Origin: Negaprion brevirostris
Lineage: Eukaryota
Reading direction: 5' to 3'
Assembly: GCA_030324005.1 (NCBI GenBank)
Contig: JARDVH010000110.1
Span: 35,365,483 to 35,429,482, forward strand
Length of the DNA: 64,000 bases
Of this stretch, positions 24,751-37,352 are shown one piece after another. Position numbers and translations under genes: made by a program. The notes beneath the pieces were generated by a model that searched no databases, was not told the DNA's origin, and was given only the letters and a program-made list of their open reading frames with translations. Position 1 is the stretch's first letter, and each line of letters starts with the position of its first letter.

Positions 24751-25414
24751 CGTAAGTCTTCCACACTAATGTTTCTCAAACCACTTTTGTGCGTATTAGT
24801 GCAGAGCTGTTGATGTCAGTGTGGGGACATGGAGATTGCCACAGCAGTTGTTTTGAGATGAAATCAAAGGAGTCTTAAAGCACCAGAAAGATCTCCGCAC
24901 CAAACCTGTCCTCTTCTGGCTACTTTTAACCTCCTGACCTGCTGATAGGCTGCCTGCTCAAACGAGCAGGGCAGCAGTTGGCCCCAGTACGGACGATGCC
25001 TGCCTTTTCCAATGATGGCAAGCAGGCAGCTCCCACACTTGAAGGTGCTCATAGTCATTCTTGGGTACAAGCTTGTGTCCTGTCTAATTAGGCTGTTTTG
25101 TTTTAATAATAGAATTGTGTTAACGACACAGCATGGGTGCGAGTTCATGGCCAAGAATTAATCCGAATCTCTAAATGAAAATCTGGCTCTTTTATGTCTT
25201 GCTCACAATTTACCATCTCTCTGTTTTGATATTATTAGCAAGTTTGGCTACAGTATTATCTGTCCCAGATGACATCCTTGACCCATGATTTATGATGTGA
25301 TTTAACTGTGAGGCAGGCTCCATGTTTACTCCTATTGGAATGGGGGATCAAACACCATGCTGTTGACATTATTCTGAACCACACTCTAGTCAACAGAGTT
25401 AACAGCCTTCTGTA

Positions 25415-26900
25415 TCTCCGTTCAACCAAGTCCATATAGATTATAAATAGTTGAGGCCTCAGCACAGACTTCTGTGGCACTAGTTGTAGTTTGCTAACCT
25501 GAAAATGATCTATTTATCCTGATTCTGTTTTCTGTTGGCTAACTAAACCTTTATCCATGCTAATATGTTACCCCCAACACCATAAATTCTCAAGTAATCT
25601 TTTCTGTGGCGCTGTATCAAATTTCTTTTGGAAATCCAAATACACTACAGGTTCCTCTTTAATCTTCCTGCTTGCCACATCCTCAACAAACTCAAACAAA
25701 TTTGTCAAATATGATTTTGCTTTAATATTGACTCTGATTGTATTCTAGATTTTCTAAATTTCCTGCTATTACATTCATGATGGATTTCAGCATTTTCCCA
25801 ATGACTGACATTAGACTAACTGGCCTATAGTTTCCTGTTACTGCAGTATCTTATTTTTTGCAAGCTCCCATAATTTCTTGACTTGTAATCTGTTTTACAA
25901 TATAGCTACTGTTAGGTGGACTATAAACTAATCTTCCCACTAGTATCTTTCTCTTGCTATTTCTTACCTCTACCCAAACTAATTCTACATCTTGATATCT
26001 TAAACAAAGATTATTTCTCATCACAGTAAGAATTCTCACAACATCAAGTTAAAGTCCAACAGGTTTATTTGGAATCACAAGCTTACGGAGTGCTGCTTAT
26101 TCATCAGGTGAGTGGAGAGGTAGGTTCAGAAACATGGCGTACAGAAGCCAAGACACAATTGCAAAATAATTAGATTGGAATGTTTGGAATGCGAGTCTTT
26201 ACAGATAATCAAGACTTTACAGATACAGACAGTGCGAATGGAGAGAGGGATAATCACAGGTTTTAGTAGGATTATCCTACTCATTGTCCTGGCTTGTGAA
26301 AATTCACACCTCACTCACACTGTCTGTGGCTGTAAACACTTGCATTCCAACCATTATTTAGACTCCAGTCTGTAATTATCTTGCAATTATGTCTTGATCT
26401 ATACATGCCGTGTTTGTGATCCTGCCTGTCCACTCACCTGAAGAAGGAGCAGCGTTCAGAAGGCTTGTGTTGTGAGAGTTCTTACTGTGCCCTCCCCAGT
26501 CCAACGCTGGCATCTCCACATCAGTTCACCCCACTGCACTGCAATCATCCTTTATTTGCAATGTTATCCCACTACATTTTCCTTTTTTCTTATCCTTTTA
26601 AAATCTCCAATACCCTGGGATTTTCAGTTCCCACCCTTGTTCACCTTGCAACCATGTCTACGATGGCTACCAGTAATTTCTATTCATGTTAACAATTCAT
26701 CTATCTCGTTATGAGTGCTATGTGTATTTAGATAAAGTATTAATTCTGTTTAATAAAAAATATATATTTCCCCTATTCTGGCCCTTTTTGCTGGTATACA
26801 CTTCTTATATGTGTATGAATTTCTCCTTTCCTGTCACAGACTGGTTATCATTATTCACGTCACTACCCAACACTTTTGCTTTGCTCTTTTTCTTATTTCC
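25415..26900 (-). mobile_element. Decayed CR1 ORF2 (APE endonuclease and RT pieces), split by a Penelope insertion
   Basis: QDVELVWVEVRNSKRKILVGRLVYSPPNS (APE); WLQGEQGWELKIPGY near 26660-26610; PQKSVLRPQLFIIY (RT). Confidence 0.8.
26022..26523. mobile_element. Penelope-like pLTR pair in inverted orientation, with degenerate hammerhead cores
   Basis: Left cacagtaagaattctcacaac...ttcatcaggtgagtgg is the reverse complement of right ccactcacctgaagaagg...gttgtgagagttcttactgtg. Ends in ggcatctccacatca, as do the 32.9 kb and 49.3 kb copies. Confidence 0.8.
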
Positions 26901-27244
26901 CCACATCTGAACCTTCACCAGCCCCCGTGCCCCCGCCCCCCCCCATCCCGCCAATATAAAGCACTCTTTTAATTGCATCTGAAATTACGTTACTTTCTAA
27001 GTAAACATGTGGTTAAAACCTTCTAACCAAGCTCGTTTGCACAATCACAAATGCAAATTATTTCCATTAACCAGCACAAGTGGGCAGCATAATAGAATGT
27101 AATTGTTTACTGTATTATCCTTGATTTAAAAATATCCTTGCTGTATTCCAAAGTGGTAAACTATTGCAGTTTTACTAATACAGCTGAAACTTGATTCATC
27201 AAAAAACATACGTGTTTAATAAGTGCATCCAGTTTACCAATTGT

Positions 27245-27565
27245 GCTCACAAGAGGTTATTGCAGAAGGTAAGGGGGCATGGAGTTGGGGGTAGGATGTT
27301 ACCGTGGATAGAGGATTGGCTGTCAAACAGGAGGCAGAGAGTGGGGGTCAATGAATGCTATTCGGATTGGCGGTTGGTGACTAGTGGAGNNNNNNNNNNN
27401 NNNNNNNNNNNNNNNNNNNNNNNNNNNNNNNNNNNNNNNNNNNNNNNNNNNNNNNNNNNNNNNNNNNNNNNNNNNNNNNNNNNNNNNNNCATGATCTTAT
27501 TGAATGGCGGGGCAGGCTTGAAGGGCTAGATGGCCTACTCCTGCTCCTATTTCTTATGTTCTTAC
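27245..27565 (+). mobile_element. Young CR1 RT fragment and 3' tail across a gap
   Basis: HKRLLQKVRGHGVGGRMLPWIEDWLSNRRQRVGVNECYSDWRLVTSG; tail cttatgttctta. Confidence 0.92.
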
Positions 27566-27599
27566 GAATAATCTCATTTTGAACAAGAAATAAAACAAA

Positions 27600-27830
27600 G
27601 AGTTGCATTTACTTGGCACTTTTCATGCCTCAGGCTGTCTCAAAGTAAATTATAACCACTGAGGTACTTTCTGAAAAGTGTTATAATGTAGAGAACGTGG
27701 CTTTCAGTTTGTACTCTGCACATTGCCATAAATAACAATGTGAAAATGACCAAGTTCTTGATGTTTAGCGAGGGATCAGAATATCAGGGATAATTCCCTA
27801 TCCTTTGTCTTTTATGTCCATTTGAGTACT
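27600..27830 (-). mobile_element. DeuSINE remnant
   Basis: ttgcatttacttggcacttttcatgcctcagg...caaagt...aacaatgtgaaaatgacc is the reverse complement of the DeuSINE 3' half. Confidence 0.55.
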
Positions 27831-28649
27831 AACCAAGAGTTTGAATAAAAAAACTGGTGTACAGCAGTCAGTTTGTTGATAAGTTAAATAACATTTAATA
27901 ATGTTTAAAATGTGCCTACAGTTGTATTTGCACTTAAAAATCAAGTTTAAATTAAAAATCCACCACAAATGGGGGCAATTGTCAAATTCTCCACACTCAT
28001 TCTTTGATCTAGTGGCTCAAGGCTGGCTCTAATTTGTTTCATTGATTTGATTTTTTTTTTTGCCAACATTAAAGTTAAACTGAGTCACCATCTTAAGCTG
28101 GTTTAGCCACTTTCCAGGAAAAACAAACTCACTGAAAATCAAGGCCAGCATGTATACTTCAGTTCCATAAAGCTGACCTTGTACACCAAGATTTCAAAAT
28201 CATATGGTAGAAAATAGCACAACTAACCAACTGCATGGTAACACCTGACAGTGTTGGGAAGCACTGTGTAAAGAGCTTTGGGTGAATCTTAACTATTCAC
28301 TTCATGTCAAAAAATGAGCTTCAATAGTTTGACTCTGTTTTGCAGCCTGTCTGATTTACATGTCTGTTGATTTTTAGGCTATTAAGTGCAAAGAAAGTTA
28401 ATAAATTCCAGGACTGTGGATTTGGAATGATAAGAAGTTAGCAGCACTGGAACTCAAACTGGAGTCGTGGTGGGAGTTTTCGTCAATGATCAAGGAAATT
28501 TGACATTTTACATTTAATATTAGAATAGCCCATGGATTAATGGATAGTAGCAGTGTGGATACATTAACAGTTAAAAGATAGAGAGAATCATGGTTAAGTT
28601 GTTATTTTTTCAGATTCGAAGGAAGTATACAGTAATGTCCTACAAGGGA

Positions 28650-28945
28650 TAGAACATAAGAACATAAGAAATAGGAGCAGGAGTAGGCCATGTAGCCTGC
28701 CCCGCCATTCAATAAGATCATGGCTGATCTGTCGTGGCTCAGTTCCACATTCCTGCCCTCTCCCCATAACNNNNNNNNNNNNNNNNNNNNNNNNNNNNNN
28801 NNNNNNNNNNNNNNNNNNNNNNNNNNNNNNNNNNNNNNNNNNNNNNNNNNNNNNNNNNNNNNNNNNNNNNATGAGATCTCCCCTCATTCTTCTAAACTCT
28901 AACGAGTACAAGCCTAGTTTATTCAGCCTCTCCTCATAGCTCAAC
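28650..28945 (-). mobile_element. Young CR1 3' end
   Basis: agaacataagaacataagaaataggagcaggagtaggcc tail; LSYEERLNKLGLYSLEFRRMRGDL. Confidence 0.92.
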
Positions 28946-29102
28946 CATAGTATTGTGATCACTGCTCTTTTTGATGTGTATTAATAGCCTGGACTTGGAT
29001 ATACAGGATAATATTTTAAAGCCTGCAGATGACATGCAGCTTGGAATTATAGTAAAGTAAGAAGGTAAGTAACAGACTTCAGGAGAACATGGGCTGATGA
29101 AA

Positions 29103-29320
29103 TAGAATCATAGAATCCCTACAGGGCTGAAGGAGTTCATTCAGCCCATTGTGCCTACCGACAACAATCCCTATCCCATAAACCCATGTATTTACCCTGC
29201 TAAGACCCCTGACCTGACACTAAGGGGCAATTTAGCAAGGTCAATCAACCTAACCTGCACATCTTTGAAGTGCGGGAGGAAACCAGACCATCAGAGGAAG
29301 CCCACAGTGACGCGGGAGAA
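29103..29320 (-). mobile_element. V-SINE 3' part
   Basis: tagaatcatagaatccctacag...gacactaaggggcaatttagca...cctaacctgcacatctttg. Confidence 0.85.
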
Positions 29321-29551
29321 CTTACTAACTCCACCCAAGGTTGAAAATAGTAAGGCACATGGCAGATGCAAGTTAATACAGAAAAGTGTGGAATAGTGAA
29401 TTTTGGTAGGAAGTAGAGAACATATAAACTAAATGATAACTTCTTTGAGGGTTTGCAGGAACCGAGAGAAACCTGACATGTATGTAAACATATCTTGAAG
29501 GTTTTGAGTACATTGTTAACAAAGCTTATGGAATTCTTAACCTTGAGGAAT

Positions 29552-30330
29552 AGGGTAGAACTTTCTGAAATTGGACCCACCATTTCATTGGTGGGATATA
29601 TGTAAATCAGTTACCAGTTCACAACAGGACGAGCTTTGCCAAGGCTCCTTAACTGAATCATGACATTAGCATTCCACTTTCAGATTCCTTATCCAATCAA
29701 GAGAGGGTGAGTAAGATGACATGCTCAATGTAATAGAAAAGATTTATAATTAAGAGATCCTGCCATGGATTTGAATTTTCAATGCAGGAGCAACCGAAGA
29801 ATGGAGAGGATATTTGGAATGGTTATTTTCTGGGTCTCCCACTCTTAACCTGGAGGTCCCACTGTGGAGAGAGGGGGTGCAGTAAGATGTATTTCCCAAG
29901 GGCAGGGGAAGAGGACAATACACCTCACCCCCCCAACCAGGTTGGCATGGATGGAAGTGACCGAAGAAGTGGTGTTGCCCTTTCCCTTGATCTACATTGG
30001 AGTGTCTCACCTGGCCACGGTGGCAGCTCTTTTGTTTCATAGTTCAAAAGCTTCCCAGCTTGTCCGTTTCATGCACTCCCTGCAGTGTACTCAACTTGGT
30101 GACACTGGCGAGTTGCTGACAGTTGGGGAAATAGATCATCTCTCTGTTAAAGCCTGAACCTTTGGTTGAAGCACAACATAATGAGAATATTTTGAATCAT
30201 TAAGCAACAGTTTCAAAGGGGTTCCCCACATGTCCTAGGGAAACCCAGAAGAAGGTGCGATGATGTTGGTATCCCAACCTGATGTCACTAATTTCCGACA
30301 CGAACCTGCCTTCCCTTTCTGGGAAAAATC
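29552..30330. mobile_element. Non-autonomous Harbinger-like element
   Basis: Start gggtagaactttctg..., end ...gggaaaaatccc; interrupts the CR1 above. Confidence 0.45.
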
Positions 30331-32000
30331 CCTTGAGAAAACAAAAGAGAAACATTTCTAAATCCTTGATTAGGTACCAGCTAGAGTGCTATGTGCATTT
30401 CAAACCAATTAGCTTTGGGAAGAACGTCAGCGCTGAGAGGGGAATATCAATGACAGAAGCAATTTCTTAGAATGGTACCATGGAGACTTCAGCTATGTGG
30501 AGAGACCAGACAAGCTGGGACTGTCCTGACTCAAGTAGAGAAGGTTAAGGTTAAAGGGAGATTTATTAGATTTAGTAAATAAGATGAAGCTATTTCTGGT
30601 GTCCTTACAGTCAGTTGTGAGAGAACACAGGTTTAGGATAATGGGCAATAAAAGCAGAGTGAACATGAGCATTTTTTTAATGGTGAATTATGATCTGGAA
30701 CACTCTGAAAGGGTGGTGATGCACCAATTGGGAACTGAAGGGAAAACAATTGCAGTGCATAACTAAAGGCCCTGGGTGAGAATAAATGCAGCTCTTTCAA
30801 AGAGTTGGCACAGGCATGATGCAGTGAATAGCCTTCATCTATATCATTCTATGATTCCATGATAAATTAAGCGTTCAGAACAGAAGTGCATCATAATTCT
30901 TATTAACTGATATTTATGGGTAATATATATTCACAAATGGAGGATCCAGATATATTTTGTCTACCATTCAAACTTAATTGAGCCTCTTAACATTTAATAG
31001 GTCATGGACTTTATTTAAGTGCTTGACTTATTTAAATAGGTCAGGATCATCCTAACTTGCAAAAACAATTCTATCTAGAACTTTGTGTTAAGGCATATAG
31101 ATAATTATGTATCCCACAGACGAAGTATAGTTCTGCACTTTAGAATAGATTCCATAGATTCTACTGTTACCACTACCCAGCAACACCTCCTTCTCCCAAT
31201 TCAACTTTTTATCAATTATGCATAAATGCTAAGTTAGGTCATTCACACAAAAAGGCAGGAAGCTCAAGTCATGGACTTTGCCTTGATACCCTTGTCTTCA
31301 AATAAATGGACTTGTGTACATTACTTTCACTTGAAGGAGGTGGGGGTGGTATTGAGTCAGCCCTGCTAACCCTGGTAACATTTTGGTGGTGGCAATGCAG
31401 ACCTGAGTACTGAGGCGGCTTGTTTAGAAGGTCTGCCTCAGATCTCTTGGTCTTTGGCCTAGTTTTATTAAGGGCTCTTAGCCCTGACCCTTCACACCAC
31501 AGTGTTCCCCATGCCCCCTCTATCCTCCATGCTTGATCAGCCACTCGAAAACCAATGTGCTCTACAATAATAATGGCAGGTTTTGGATTGTGCATGAAAA
31601 AGTGTCCAGGCCTGACCATCTGATTTTGTTGATACAGTTACCAGATCACCTCATTATGAATACTTGGCTTAACTCGAAGACTCGATAATGGATTAATTCA
31701 GCAGAGGTCTGTTTACACAGGCTGAGTCTTGTTTATGATGCATTATACTTTGATCAATTTTTTCAATGACTCTGTTTATTTTGTCAAAATGAATCATGTG
31801 AAGTAGGGTAAAGCTCTTATTGAAAGTATGAATGGTAGTGTCAGTTTGCCACTTTTATACATGTTGAAAGTGCAGCAGACTTATGGGTGTTTTTTAAAGA
31901 ACATTTCAAGACCTGTCATTGTTAAAATGACTTATTGGCTCTGTACATAGTGGATACTGGGTGACTACATACTGGGGGTCATGGAAGGGACATGGGAGAT

Positions 32001-32315
32001 ATAGAACCATATCACCATAGAATTCCTGCAATGCAGAAGGAGGTCATTCAGCCATCAAATCTGCATCAACTCTCTGAAAGAGCATCTTACCTGGCCAACC
32101 ACCCCCCTCCCCCCACTTCCCCTGTATCCCCACACAATTACCATGGCTAATCCACCTAACTTACACACCTTTGGACCGAGAGGGGAAACTAGAGCATCTG
32201 GAGGAAACCCACACATATTGGGGCAGAACTTGCTAACACCACACGGACAGTGGCACAAGGCCAGAATCAAACCCAGATCCCTAGTGCTGTGAGGTAGCTG
32301 AGGTAACCACTGTGC
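32001..32315 (-). mobile_element. V-SINE
   Basis: ccatggctaatccacctaac...gaggaaacccac...gctgtgaggtagc...taaccactgtgcc. Confidence 0.85.
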
Positions 32316-32849
32316 CTACAAAGATGGGCGTGGGCTTTTGAACTTGCATTTTGAAAGCATCCCATATCCAGACTATGGTTCATGTTCCCTTTGAGGGAAG
32401 AAGCTGCTTGGAGTTCATGAAAACTATGGGTTGGTGATGGTGTTGGTAGGGGTTGAGAGGTGAGTTCTGCAGTTGCAGTAATGGGGGAAATATGAGGTAT
32501 CTACCAATGCAATATAACCAGTAGGTCAGAAGTGCAGGCTGCTTACTTGGATCCCTTATCCCACATTGGTTAAAATTGTTTGGAGTCTGCCAATATGTGA
32601 GCTGATATTTTAGTATTGGGTGATGAATTTCACACTGACTTGTCAACTTCTAATCTTCCAGGGATAATGTTTGAATTGGTCAAATATCAAAGATTCTTGT
32701 CAGAATGAATTGCTGGAGTAGTGCAGTGACATGTTGCTGCTGCTATGGTGATTTCAGTATGTTGAGTTACTGACCTGAGTAAAACCTATTGAGGAAATAA
32801 TCAGAACAAGGCAGTTGCACACAAGGAGAGACCAGAAAGTATTGTCTGC

Positions 32850-33031
32850 TTCTGATGCCTTGATGTGGAGATGCCGGCATTGGACTGGAGTAAACACAAT
32901 AAGAAGCCTCACAACACCAGGTTAAAGTCCAATAGGTTTAACAGGTTTATTTGGTAGTAAGCTAGTGGCGTTTACTACCAAATAAACATGTTAAACCTGT
33001 TGGACTTTAACCTGGTGTTCTGATGCCTTGA
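32850..33031. mobile_element. Mini Penelope-derived fold-back insertion with TSD
   Basis: 48-bp arms at 32913-32960 and 32972-33019 (2 mismatches); flanking direct repeat ttctgatgccttga at 32850-32863 and 33018-33031. Confidence 0.88.
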
Positions 33032-34329
33032 GCCATTGGTTACTGAGAATTGGTTATCTGTTGAATTAATGGGGACATCCTTGATTAGTTTGACACTTCG
33101 CACAATGGGAAAAACTCAAACTCCATATTGCAATTCAGTAGCTAAATTGCTGAATTTTGAACAACATTAGACACTTTAAAATGTTCAAATTGCCCCTGAG
33201 TACTAGCATACTTAGATGAAATGTGTTTGTCTTATAGCTTTTGTGTAAAATAAATAGCTTATTTACCCTGGATTGCATAATACAAAGTGATTCCAATGAC
33301 CTTTTAGCAATCGAGTAGAAATTTCAAGTTCATGTGAGGGGGAAAGGAAACAAGTTATACAGATAGAAAGAGGATGGAGAGAGTATTGGTTTACCAGTGA
33401 AGAAAAAGCCAAACAAGCCTAACTGTTTCCATGGACAGTAATAAATAAAACAATGAAAATTTATAGATGGCAGTACTTGAAAGCCAATTTAGAACAACTT
33501 TTGATCAACTTAAATTCTGACAGCTGTCAGAGTAGCAGTAGCAACTGATGCACCATTTAGTTTGAAAGGGCTGGAGAAAGAAATAATTATGCTGATAAAT
33601 AGAAAGACACTAAGGATGAGTGACTGTAAAACATAAATTTCTCTTAAATTAGATTTTCTGTGGTCCCAAAACATCTTGATTCTTATAAAGCATGAAGTTG
33701 ACATTCTTATTGAGTACTATGGGCAAAGTATTATGCTTATTTGTTTTTTAATAAACAATTGCTACTCTCTTTCTGCAAATTGTAATGCAATTTGTCAGCA
33801 AGGTACCTAATGCAGGACTCAAATTATTCCTTCACTATTCAGTAATGATCCATTTTGTTTTGAAAAAATGTGACATGTTGATAATCTACATCAAAACTGC
33901 AACCAAGCGGAACAAATAATCTGCATTTGCATTATCACATCTTGGGAAAAAAATCTTCTGAGCTTACAGAGTGGAAGTACTTAATATTTTCTCTTCATTG
34001 GTTTGTCTTTGACGACATTTTTATAATTATGTTTGCACCTCATTTCTTCTTGCTTGGCATCATCTGGTACAAATATCTTGATCTTTCAGGGTGAGTAAAT
34101 GTACAAAACAGTCCATGCCCTCTAATTTTCCTATTATTATTGGGAAGTGGAAAAAAAAGCCTGATCAGTTCGATGTCATATATGCATTCATAAACATTAT
34201 GACATGGTTCACTTATTATTTATCTTGTTTTCAAGGATCCCTATGACAGTAAAATAAGACACAATCAAGGGGTTCATTGTTGGAAATTAGGGTCAGCCTT
34301 CAGAATTAATACAAGGAAGGAACAAATAC

Positions 34330-34800
34330 ATTCAACCCTCACCAACAATAAATGTGAGGAACATATGGACTTCTTTTTCACTAAGATTGAGACTATTCAA
34401 AAAGCCGTATCTTCCTTCCACTAGCTCACCTGGTCAACCTGTCTATCATGCTCCCCACTCCACCCTAGCGCTGAGCTTGCATTCTTTGCTAGTTTCTATC
34501 CTATCTTCCCTCATGCTCTCGCTCAGCTGATCTTATCCCCAAACCCAATTTCCTGCTTTCTTGATCCATTCCCACTAATCACTCCACTTTCCTCTCCTTC
34601 TCCCAAAGTAAACCGATAATGTAAACAGTCTCTCTTTTAGATGTGCTATCTCTCTCCTTTAAATCTGCCATCATCAACTTCTGCTGGATTCCAATCATTT
34701 TTGAAAACTACTGTCTCACTTCCAATGCCCATTTCTTCTCCCAAGCCCTTGATTGTGTTAGCACCTCTTTATTGGAACTCCTTGTTTGAATCTCCCCAGT
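34330..34800 (+). mobile_element. L2 LINE ORF2 remnant
   Basis: STLTNNKCEEHMDFFFTKIETI, then cctgctttcttgatccattcccactaa (SC.LDP.PT-like). Confidence 0.65.
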
Positions 34801-36064
34801 CAGGTTTCCTNNNNNNNNNNGCTTCAATACTGAAACAGCTCTTGCTAAAGTCACAAATGATATCTTATGGATGGAATCTTCTTGGCCCATCTGGAGCAGG
34901 AAGAAGGAGGAACTTAATTACTTGAACTTAAACCAGTGGCAGATTAAATATTTGCAATCAAGTTCTCAGAAGGATCGAGCTTCCTGACGACCAGTGTCGG
35001 GAATCCTTTCGCATGAATTTGATGTCAAGCACGCTCACTGAAAGGCCAGCTCGGCAGAATTAAGTTGTCCCTCCCTCATAACTTCACTGCGAGTGAGAAA
35101 TTCTTGTCTTTGGATTCACAGCTTAAAATGACTAGAGTGCATTTGGCGAGGTAGACTTTTTCCTGGACTTTGGACTGTGTAATCACTCTTTTGTCGTTTG
35201 TGGAGTTTGTTCGTGAATGTCAGTCTCTTGATTCTGATTGGGTGCCAGTCATCCAAACTGAGTAAAGGCTGAACACTGGAAGTGGAATCAGTGGGGAAGG
35301 ATGGAACAGCGGCTGAGCAAGGAGGAAGGGTCGGGTGAGAGGGTGCCTAGGAAAGGAAGGCAAATTCTCTGGGGCTGGCAGGGAGGGCAAACATTTATAT
35401 TGTGTACATTAGTTCTGTTGTTGGGTGGTGGACGAGCTCTCTGGGCCATGAGCATCATTGAGAGATGGGTCTAAAGGGTAGGATTGATGATGTTGAGAAT
35501 TGGATGCTAGGGGTTTGTATGATGATATTGGGTTTAGAGGGTGCAGTGACAGTCGGGGGTGGGGGGGGGAGTGGGGAGGTTGGATCAGGAAGGGTAGAAG
35601 TTCTGGGTTATGGGCAGGTAGTGGATGGTCTCTCTCTGGGGTAGTCATGCAGCTAGCCACAAGAATGGGAGGGGTCAGCCTCAGTAGGGGCACGGATAGG
35701 TTGTTGGGTATGGCCTTGGAGGAGAGCCATAATGTCCACACAACTTACAATAGGATCCAGGGTAAAGGGGAAAGGTTTTAGGGTCACAGGAGGAAGAGGA
35801 ATAACAACAAGGTAGTAGTTGTGCAGAATGAGAGGTGATGGAATTGTGTCCCAGTAGTCCAAGTTGCACAGCGGCTGGACAAAGGAGGCAGGGTCAATGG
35901 GACGCCATGAACCTGAGACTGGATAAAGGAGGTGTGAAAGAATTTCAAGCACCATTTTGAATGTTGTAAAGTTGTTGTACAGCTAGTAAAATGTAGCAAA
36001 CATTTGATATGGTGGAACTTTGGGTGTCGGGGGGAGGGATTAGACGGGGAGTTAATTCATTGCA

Positions 36065-36700
36065 AAAGTGCAGGGGGCTATTGATTGCATACATGTGGCA
36101 TTGAGAGCTCCCTGTAATCAGCCAACTGCATTCACAAACAGGAAAGGCTTCCACTCTTAATGTTAAGCTGATATGTGATCACAGCAAACAAATCCTACAT
36201 GTTTGAGTGGTTCTCAGGGACCTTTCATGATGCCTACATTCTGAATCACTCCCTGGGTGCCACAAGTGTTTGAAATACCTCATCAGTTGCAAGTTTGGCT
36301 CTTTGGAGGTGAGGGGTGTCCCAGAAGACCTGGCTGATGACAACAGTTAGCAAAATGTTGCCAAAATGAGGTACAATGCTGTTTATGCCTTCACACTGAC
36401 CAATGCAAATCATACAACTCCTAAGGTTTAGATGTTTGGACCACTAAGGCAAGGCACTCCAATATTCTGCATAGAGGATGTCCCAGATCATCATATTGAT
36501 TGTGCCCTGCACAACCTTGTGCAGCTATTGGAGGATGTATTTGCAGAGGGAAACATGAAGGACCAAGATGTCTCCTCTGCTGTTGAGGACAGGGAAGGCC
36601 ATGGTGATGATTAGGGCCAGGATGAGGCACTGACCAAGACCATTGCAAAACTGCAACATGGCCTTTGACAATTTAATAGCTAACAGATCACAGGTTGAAT
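36065..36700 (+). mobile_element. Harbinger/PIF DDE transposase relic (HARBI1-like core), frameshifted
   Basis: [46 protein letters not shown]...SGTFHDAYIL, later RYNAVYA, RFRCLD and CALHN motifs. Confidence 0.85.
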
Positions 36701-37089
36701 GAGCTGCCAGTACTTATCTTTACAAGGTTGTTTTTAATCTTTTGCTTTCTATGAAGCAGTGGCTCCAAATTGGAAGTATACATTATGATTTACATTCATT
36801 GACCTTGTTTTCTGATGGCTGCAACAAATTACACCATTTCACATTAGGTCTGTTGGTAGTATGACCTTTTGCATGCACCAATCTGTATTGATTGACATAG
36901 TCCATGGGCCAAATACATGCATCAGTACCTACCCAACACTGCATCCTCCTGTGACCTTGGGAACCTGTAAGAAAAATGAATTCTTCCCTTTGCTCTGTAC
37001 TGTGGCATATTTGCATATGCTAGAAGATCTTTATGTGCATGAATGCACTGAGTCCTGTTCTTCAAACAAACATGGAACACACATTACAC

Positions 37090-37352
37090 CTGTTTCAAAT
37101 GAACAAAGTAGACAATAACTGTCCTTTGGTTCACCTTCCAAGGCAATGCCCTGACCAATCGGTCAACCTACTGCTTTGAATTTAAACAAAGCTTGGTGCA
37201 TTCTCCATTACAACTATACCAATTAGAGCCAACTTGCCAATCAATCAACACTATCTTCTCATGAAGTATAAGTTGTTGATATTTGGTATTCTTACAACTG
37301 TTTTGATGAGTCTGAGACAAAAAGCTTTGACATCGGTCTTTTTTCAGCAATA
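37090..37352 (+). mobile_element. Penelope-like pLTR, same family as 18.3-19.1 kb
   Basis: caacttgccaatcaatcaacac...gtataag...ttgatgagtctgagacaaaaagct...ttttcagcaata is similar to 18980-19106. Confidence 0.65.

Larger units (their letters stand above)
28520..30862 (+). mobile_element. Old CR1 RT-to-3'UTR copy broken by three later insertions
   Basis: Collinear RT pieces: WKEVYSNVLQG-like (28620), ILKPADDMQLG (29010), WQMQVNTEKC (29360), LIRYQLECYVHF (30365), then an attctatgattc tail (30850). Confidence 0.7.

Noticed and set aside
35400-36000. G-rich block possibly from an L1/Tx1 LINE 3' end
   Set aside because: Too decayed to support with a readable motif.
36065-36700. HARBI1 gene call
   Set aside because: Multiple frameshifts and stops, so this is a transposon relic.
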